The position numbers and the translations under genes were made by a program. Below are positions 59,924-64,000 of a stretch of 64,000 nucleotides of DNA, one piece after another (within the stretch, counting starts at the first letter, position 1; each line of letters opens with the position of its first letter). The stretch spans positions 258,361-322,360 of the forward strand of contig JACKAE010000005.1 in the NCBI GenBank assembly GCA_020635205.1. The letters are read 5' to 3'. Source of the DNA: Ignavibacteria bacterium. GTDB lineage: Bacteria > Bacteroidota > Ignavibacteria > OLB7. The notes below the pieces were generated by a model, which saw only the letters and a list, made by a program, of their open reading frames with translations, was not told the origin of the DNA and made no database searches.

Positions 59924-60745
59924 ATGCCTGTTCATCGCCACATCATTACCCTCTTCCTCCTCTTCGGGGTAGGATTATTGATTCAAAGTGGTTGTAAAAG
60001 TAGCGAAGCGACTGTAGATGGTGAAGCCGTAGGGGCGTTGAAGGGAGTTGGTTCAGATACCTCACAAAAGGAATCTGCCTCTGCAATGGCTGCAATGATA
60101 ACGCGAGAGGGAGAAATCATTCAAGACTATTGGTCAGAGTCAAGAACGTCCCAACGGGTAACACAGATTTCTCCGAGAACTCTTTACTCAGGACCGAACG
60201 CTCTGACAATTAAGAACGTGAACGGTATTTCGAGCATCTCCGTTCGTTCTGGAGCGGAAGATGTTAGTTGGTCGGTTGAAGGGGCTGGTTTTTTTCCCGA
60301 TTGTCCTGAAGAACAGGAAATTCTTATCAGCATTGAGACTGTCAGCAAATCGGCGCAGATTCTTGTGGAGGTAGTGGATTGCAACCAGAACGAAAGTGCG
60401 GAGTGGGTGCAGGTGCAGAACAAAATTTGGACTCTGGATGAGGTGATCTTTCCAGATGTACGGGTTGGCCAGACAGTTTGCCGACCATTTAGAGTTTCAA
60501 CTGCTCAGCGGGAAATTCTCGATTCAGTCACGTTCCCCTCAAATTTTCCTCTGACATTTGAAAGCGAGCCGGAGTTTCCGGTCGAGGTCTTTGGAACAAT
60601 CTTCTGGTACAACGTCTGCTTTACAGGAAAGAAGCCGGGTGTCTACGTCTTCCCAGTAATAACGTGGATGCGCCGGGAAGAACCGGCTGGGGGGTATAAG
60701 ACCTATGCAGTTGCCGATACAGGTAGAATACGAGTGATTCGATGA
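59924..60745 (+). CDS. lipoprotein, member 1 of tandem paralogous family (N-domain only)
   Basis: Lipobox LIQSGC. Shares with the next two genes the blocks GPNALTIKN, CP(E/D/N)...(I/V), W(T/N)LDEV.FPD..VG..VCRPF.V and (Y/F)WYNVCF.GKKPGVYVFPVITWMRREEPAGGYKTYAVADTGRIRV. Confidence 0.6.
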   Translation: MPVHRHIITLFLLFGVGLLIQSGCKSSEATVDGEAVGALKGVGSDTSQKESASAMAAMITREGEIIQDYWSESRTSQRVTQISPRTLYSGPNALTIKNVNGISSISVRSGAEDVSWSVEGAGFFPDCPEEQEILISIETVSKSAQILVEVVDCNQNESAEWVQVQNKIWTLDEVIFPDVRVGQTVCRPFRVSTAQREILDSVTFPSNFPLTFESEPEFPVEVFGTIFWYNVCFTGKKPGVYVFPVITWMRREEPAGGYKTYAVADTGRIRVIR

Positions 60746-60774
60746 GATTGAGAGAAAGAACAAACGAAGAACGT

Positions 60775-62208
60775 ATGCACATTACTAAACAACTCCTTGT
60801 ACTATCACTACTTCTCCTCAGCTTCCACTCAATTTCTCTTTACTCCCAGCCATTTGTGGTCTATCCCACTCATATCTATCCCGGCGAAAACGTTCTGACA
60901 ATTAAAAGTTCTTCTAAGGGGATTAGGAGAATCACGACAAACATCAGCCCTGTTCAATTTGCTCCGTTTATAGAAGTAGGAGGAGATGGCTCGGTTGGGG
61001 GGTGTCCTAATGAACACGATCTTCGCGTATCCCTGCATAAAGCGGATCGGAATATCGCCCTTACAATCAACGTGGAGTTCTGTGATGGTTCGACGCAGGC
61101 TCGGAATATCGGCATTAACAAGACGTGGACACTTGATGAGGTTCCATTAGAGGATGTTTACGTTGGGGATACTGCCTGCACCGAGTTCCGGATCGGTGCA
61201 ACCGCACCGGAGTATCTTGATTCTGTCACGATTGATGCTCCAAACGCCTACACCCGGTTCTCGTTTCCTCCTCCAATACAATTGGGGGGAGTAGAGTATC
61301 GATACGAAGTCTGTTTCGTTGCCGATAGGCCCGGCTTGTACCGCTTCCCTGTCATTACTTGGATGCGCCGAGATGAAGTGTCAGGGGGGTACTCGAACTA
61401 CCCAGTTGCCGATACCGGAGTTATTCGTGTAAAGCCAAGACCGGGCAACGTGATCCTCGAAGAGATTCCGATAGATACGTCGCAGTGGTTGCCCCCAAAG
61501 GAAGTTACTGATCCAACAACGTTCCGCTCTGTTGCTGTGCCGAATGCAATTATCCCCCCAAAGGGAAGAGCGTTTGTTGGAAGCTACGACGTTCTGGGGC
61601 TTACTGCTGGCTACGCACTAACCGATAATCTATTACTCTTTGCCGGCGGAGCAGTTCCAACGCCAGATGACTGGGGGGGGGTAAATGGGGACATGTTCGG
61701 TGCGTGGTCGCTCGGGGGGAAGGGGGGGACGGAACTCTTTGAGAAGTTCAACGTTGCCGGAGGGTATCATTTCGGGCAGAGTACGCTCGACAAGGAGTTT
61801 ACCCCGGACGAAGTCGACTCCCGCATTACGCTTCACGTTCCCTACGCCGCAGTCAGTTATGGTACAGATGACTCTCGAGTTTCGCTGACGGGAGGCTACG
61901 CATTCAAACGCCACTCTACGTGGATCACCACGGATCCGGTTCTCCCTCCGCTCCGAGACGAGTACAACGACGATGCGGCCTTTGCTGTTCTCGGCGGTGA
62001 TTACCGACTTGGCAGACATTGGAAAGTTGCCGGGGAGGCACTTTGGATGGGGAGTGTCGATGTCCTACCGATTGTTGCTACTGGGCGCTACTTTACTGAG
62101 AAGTTTGCACTTGACTTTGGTGTGACCTATGCTGGCATTGCGTTGAATGGTGCTGAAGTACCTCCGATTCCTCTTGTTCCAATCATTTCTGCCATTTTTG
62201 TTTTTTGA
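60775..62208 (+). CDS. secreted protein, member 2 of paralogous family (N-domain + C-terminal putative beta-barrel ending FVF)
   Basis: Signal peptide (MHITKQLLVLSLLLLSFHSISLYSQ). N-domain homologous to member 1. The C-terminal ~250 aa is rich in Gly/aromatic alternation and ends ...PIISAIFVF. Confidence 0.6.
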   Translation: MHITKQLLVLSLLLLSFHSISLYSQPFVVYPTHIYPGENVLTIKSSSKGIRRITTNISPVQFAPFIEVGGDGSVGGCPNEHDLRVSLHKADRNIALTINVEFCDGSTQARNIGINKTWTLDEVPLEDVYVGDTACTEFRIGATAPEYLDSVTIDAPNAYTRFSFPPPIQLGGVEYRYEVCFVADRPGLYRFPVITWMRRDEVSGGYSNYPVADTGVIRVKPRPGNVILEEIPIDTSQWLPPKEVTDPTTFRSVAVPNAIIPPKGRAFVGSYDVLGLTAGYALTDNLLLFAGGAVPTPDDWGGVNGDMFGAWSLGGKGGTELFEKFNVAGGYHFGQSTLDKEFTPDEVDSRITLHVPYAAVSYGTDDSRVSLTGGYAFKRHSTWITTDPVLPPLRDEYNDDAAFAVLGGDYRLGRHWKVAGEALWMGSVDVLPIVATGRYFTEKFALDFGVTYAGIALNGAEVPPIPLVPIISAIFVF

Positions 62209-62281
62209 TGCAGGTGGGATATGCCTACATTAGAGGATGAATGGCAAGATTGCGTACACACGAAAACGGCAACTATTTTCT

Positions 62282-63757
62282 ATGCGATTCCTTGGTGCTC
62301 TGGTTCTGATATTTTTTGCGGCTGGAACGGCTTCTCTCATGGCGCAGCGCATTTCAATTACTCCTACAGAAATCTATCCGGGTGAAAACGTTCTGACGAT
62401 CAACGCTCCCGGAGGCATTCGGAGTGTGCGAGTTGTTCTCTCCCCAAGGATCGAATCGATGGCGGAGGTGCGGAAGACTGGGATTATCGGTGGTTGTCCT
62501 GATAGCAGAGATATTGAGATGAGAGTGGACTTCGCAACCACGATTACTCCTCTGCTGGGTTTGGTCTATATAGAGCGGTGTAATGGGGTGGTGGATTCAC
62601 TGCCACTACCGACACTGAGAAGTTGGAATCTCGACGAGGTTCCCTTTCCCGATGCTGAGGTGGGCGAAGAAGTTTGTCGCCCATTTCAGGTAACTCTCTC
62701 TGGAGGGATATCAGGTCTGGAAGGTTCGGGGTTTGTCGTTACTGGGGGGGACGACCTCTACCTCGACTCAGTCTCAATTCCTGAGCCGCAGGCTCGACTC
62801 CGCTACTCCCTCCCTCCTCCTCTCACAATTAAAGCAGGTTCTGTCTACCGTTACAACGTCTGCTTCAAAGCAGAGAAGCCGGGCATTTACAAGTTCCCAG
62901 TGATTACCTGGATTCGTCGCGAACAGCCTGCCGGAGGCTATACAAATTATCCAGTTGCCGATACTGGAATAATTCGAGTACTGCCGAAGCGGAGTAATGT
63001 CAGTCTTTCTGAGATTCCACTCGACACAATGAGTAGGGATAATCCAACACCGGTTACGGACCCAACAATTTTCCGATCTGTTGCCGTTCCAAATGCGGTG
63101 ATCCCTCCCAAAGGGAAGTTCTTCGTTGGGAGCTACGACCTGCTGGGGCTCACGGCTGGCTATTCTGTGGCCGATGAACTCCTAATTTTTGCCGGTGGGG
63201 CTGTGCCAACGCCGGACGATTGGGCTGGCGTAAACGGCGATATGTTCGGCGCGTGGTCGGTCGGGGCAAAGCTCGGAACGCAACTTTTCGGTCTGCTGAA
63301 TATCGCAGTTGGATACCACTACGGGCAGAGTATTCTGGACAAAGAGTTTACAACAGATGAACTCGATTCGCGAATCACCGTCAGCGTCCCCTACGGTGCA
63401 ATCAGCTTCGGTACAGATGACCGGCGCGTATCTGTTACTGCTGGGTATGCCTTTAAGCGTCACTCCACTTGGATTACTACCGATCCCGTTCTTCTCCCCT
63501 TCCGCGATGACTACCGCAAAGATGCTGCCTTCGGTGCGCTTGGTGGGGACTACCGCTTTGCGAAACATTGGAAAGTGGCCACGGAGTTTGCAATGATGCA
63601 GACTGTAGATGTTGCTCCGATCATCTTCACGGCTCGCTATTTCACAAACACGTTTGCGATTGATTTCGGCGCTGCCTACGCTGGCCTTACGTTGAACAAT
63701 GCCGAGGCTCCTCCCTTCCCAGTATTGCCGATGTTGTCGGCAATTTTTGTGTTTTAG
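62282..63757 (+). CDS. secreted protein, member 3 of paralogous family (N-domain + C-terminal putative beta-barrel ending FVF)
   Basis: Signal peptide MRFLGALVLIFFAAGTASLMAQ. About 55-60% identical to member 2 across full length by eye; ends ...PMLSAIFVF. Confidence 0.6.
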   Translation: MRFLGALVLIFFAAGTASLMAQRISITPTEIYPGENVLTINAPGGIRSVRVVLSPRIESMAEVRKTGIIGGCPDSRDIEMRVDFATTITPLLGLVYIERCNGVVDSLPLPTLRSWNLDEVPFPDAEVGEEVCRPFQVTLSGGISGLEGSGFVVTGGDDLYLDSVSIPEPQARLRYSLPPPLTIKAGSVYRYNVCFKAEKPGIYKFPVITWIRREQPAGGYTNYPVADTGIIRVLPKRSNVSLSEIPLDTMSRDNPTPVTDPTIFRSVAVPNAVIPPKGKFFVGSYDLLGLTAGYSVADELLIFAGGAVPTPDDWAGVNGDMFGAWSVGAKLGTQLFGLLNIAVGYHYGQSILDKEFTTDELDSRITVSVPYGAISFGTDDRRVSVTAGYAFKRHSTWITTDPVLLPFRDDYRKDAAFGALGGDYRFAKHWKVATEFAMMQTVDVAPIIFTARYFTNTFAIDFGAAYAGLTLNNAEAPPFPVLPMLSAIFVF

Positions 63758-63800
63758 AGTTTGTAAAGTATATGAGTTCGTGAGTGTATGAGTGAAGGGT
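63757..63800 (+). repeat. heptamer-based dispersed repeat copy after paralog 3
   Basis: GAGTTTGTAAAGTATATGAGTTCGTGAGTGTATGAGTGAAGGG. A reverse-complement copy of the same string lies at 10700..10760. Confidence 0.65.
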
Positions 63801-64000
63801 GTTACCAGATTCAATAGCAGAAGACGTAGTTCTGTTCAGGCTTCTCTCAATTGTTCAGCGCATAACGAAGTGACTCACTCAGGTTCGGATCTCCAATACT
63901 GTCGCCCCACAAAGTGGGGCTTACTTAGGAGAGGTAACCCAGTAACACCAAGCTCACGCATGGTGCTATCCGCTTTTGCCCCGCAAAGCGGGGCGTCAGT

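Noticed and set aside
1-64000. Looked for tRNA/rRNA genes in all intergenic gaps >100 bp
   Set aside because: No cloverleaf-compatible 70-90-nt segments with GTTC-like T-arm plus acceptor pairing, and no rRNA-like conserved stretches, were recognisable by eye. A tRNAscan/Infernal run would be needed for certainty.

Overview
This window looks like a chromosomal segment from a bacterium of the Bacteroidetes/Chlorobi-like (FCB) group, at roughly 50% GC, with housekeeping blocks interrupted by accessory islands. The FCB assignment is an inference from the content: lipoprotein-rich genes, a T9SS-type C-terminal sorting-domain remnant, OmpA/TSP3 proteins, ECF sigma/anti-sigma pairs and the FtsZ sequence.

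The first 10 kb is the distal end of the dcw cell-division/wall cluster: murD' - ftsW - murG - [unknown small membrane protein] - murC - murB - ftsQ - ftsA - ftsZ, with overlapping stop/start codons and a clean intrinsic terminator after ftsZ.

Other recognisable housekeeping genes:
- recQ.
- scpA-scpB.
- The tilS-hpt-ftsH triad.
- trxA and dnaB.
- mdh.
- An NADH-type SDR reductase.
- A fused E1 alpha/beta TPP-dependent dehydrogenase.

Accessory and cell-envelope genes are scattered between them:
- Several lipoproteins.
- Two VWA proteins.
- Two OmpA-family proteins, one with thrombospondin type-3 Ca-binding repeats.
- A spondin_N lipoprotein.
- An ECF sigma/anti-sigma pair.
- A DinB/YfiT, cupin, nucleotidyltransferase and ComB-like detox-type cluster.

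The most interesting region is about 19.0-29.5 kb, a lower-GC accessory island. It contains, in order:
- An outer-membrane beta-barrel protein and a VWA lipoprotein.
- A decayed MmeI/Eco57I-like type IIG restriction-modification gene, with its nuclease-domain and TRD/C-terminal fragments fused by an internal deletion.
- A strongly AT-rich two-gene cassette encoding an HExxH protein and a small protein.
- A 1010-aa DUF4062-NACHT(STAND P-loop)-TPR protein, i.e. an NLR-like antiviral STAND NTPase architecture.
- A TPR-LuxR regulator.

The second candidate is a tandem triplet of previously unrecognisable paralogous secreted/lipoproteins at 59.9-63.8 kb. All three share an N-terminal Cys-containing domain. 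Two carry an extra C-terminal domain that looks like a beta-barrel and ends in ...FVF.

Two dispersed repeat families are prominent:
- A heptamer-based 'KAGAGTT/TGAGTGT' repeat at at least 12 gene ends, sometimes supplying the last codons of genes.
- An AT-rich 'GAATTCAAAAG' palindromic element in two copies bracketing the SDR gene.

No rRNA, no convincing tRNA, no CRISPR array and no intact transposase were seen by eye.
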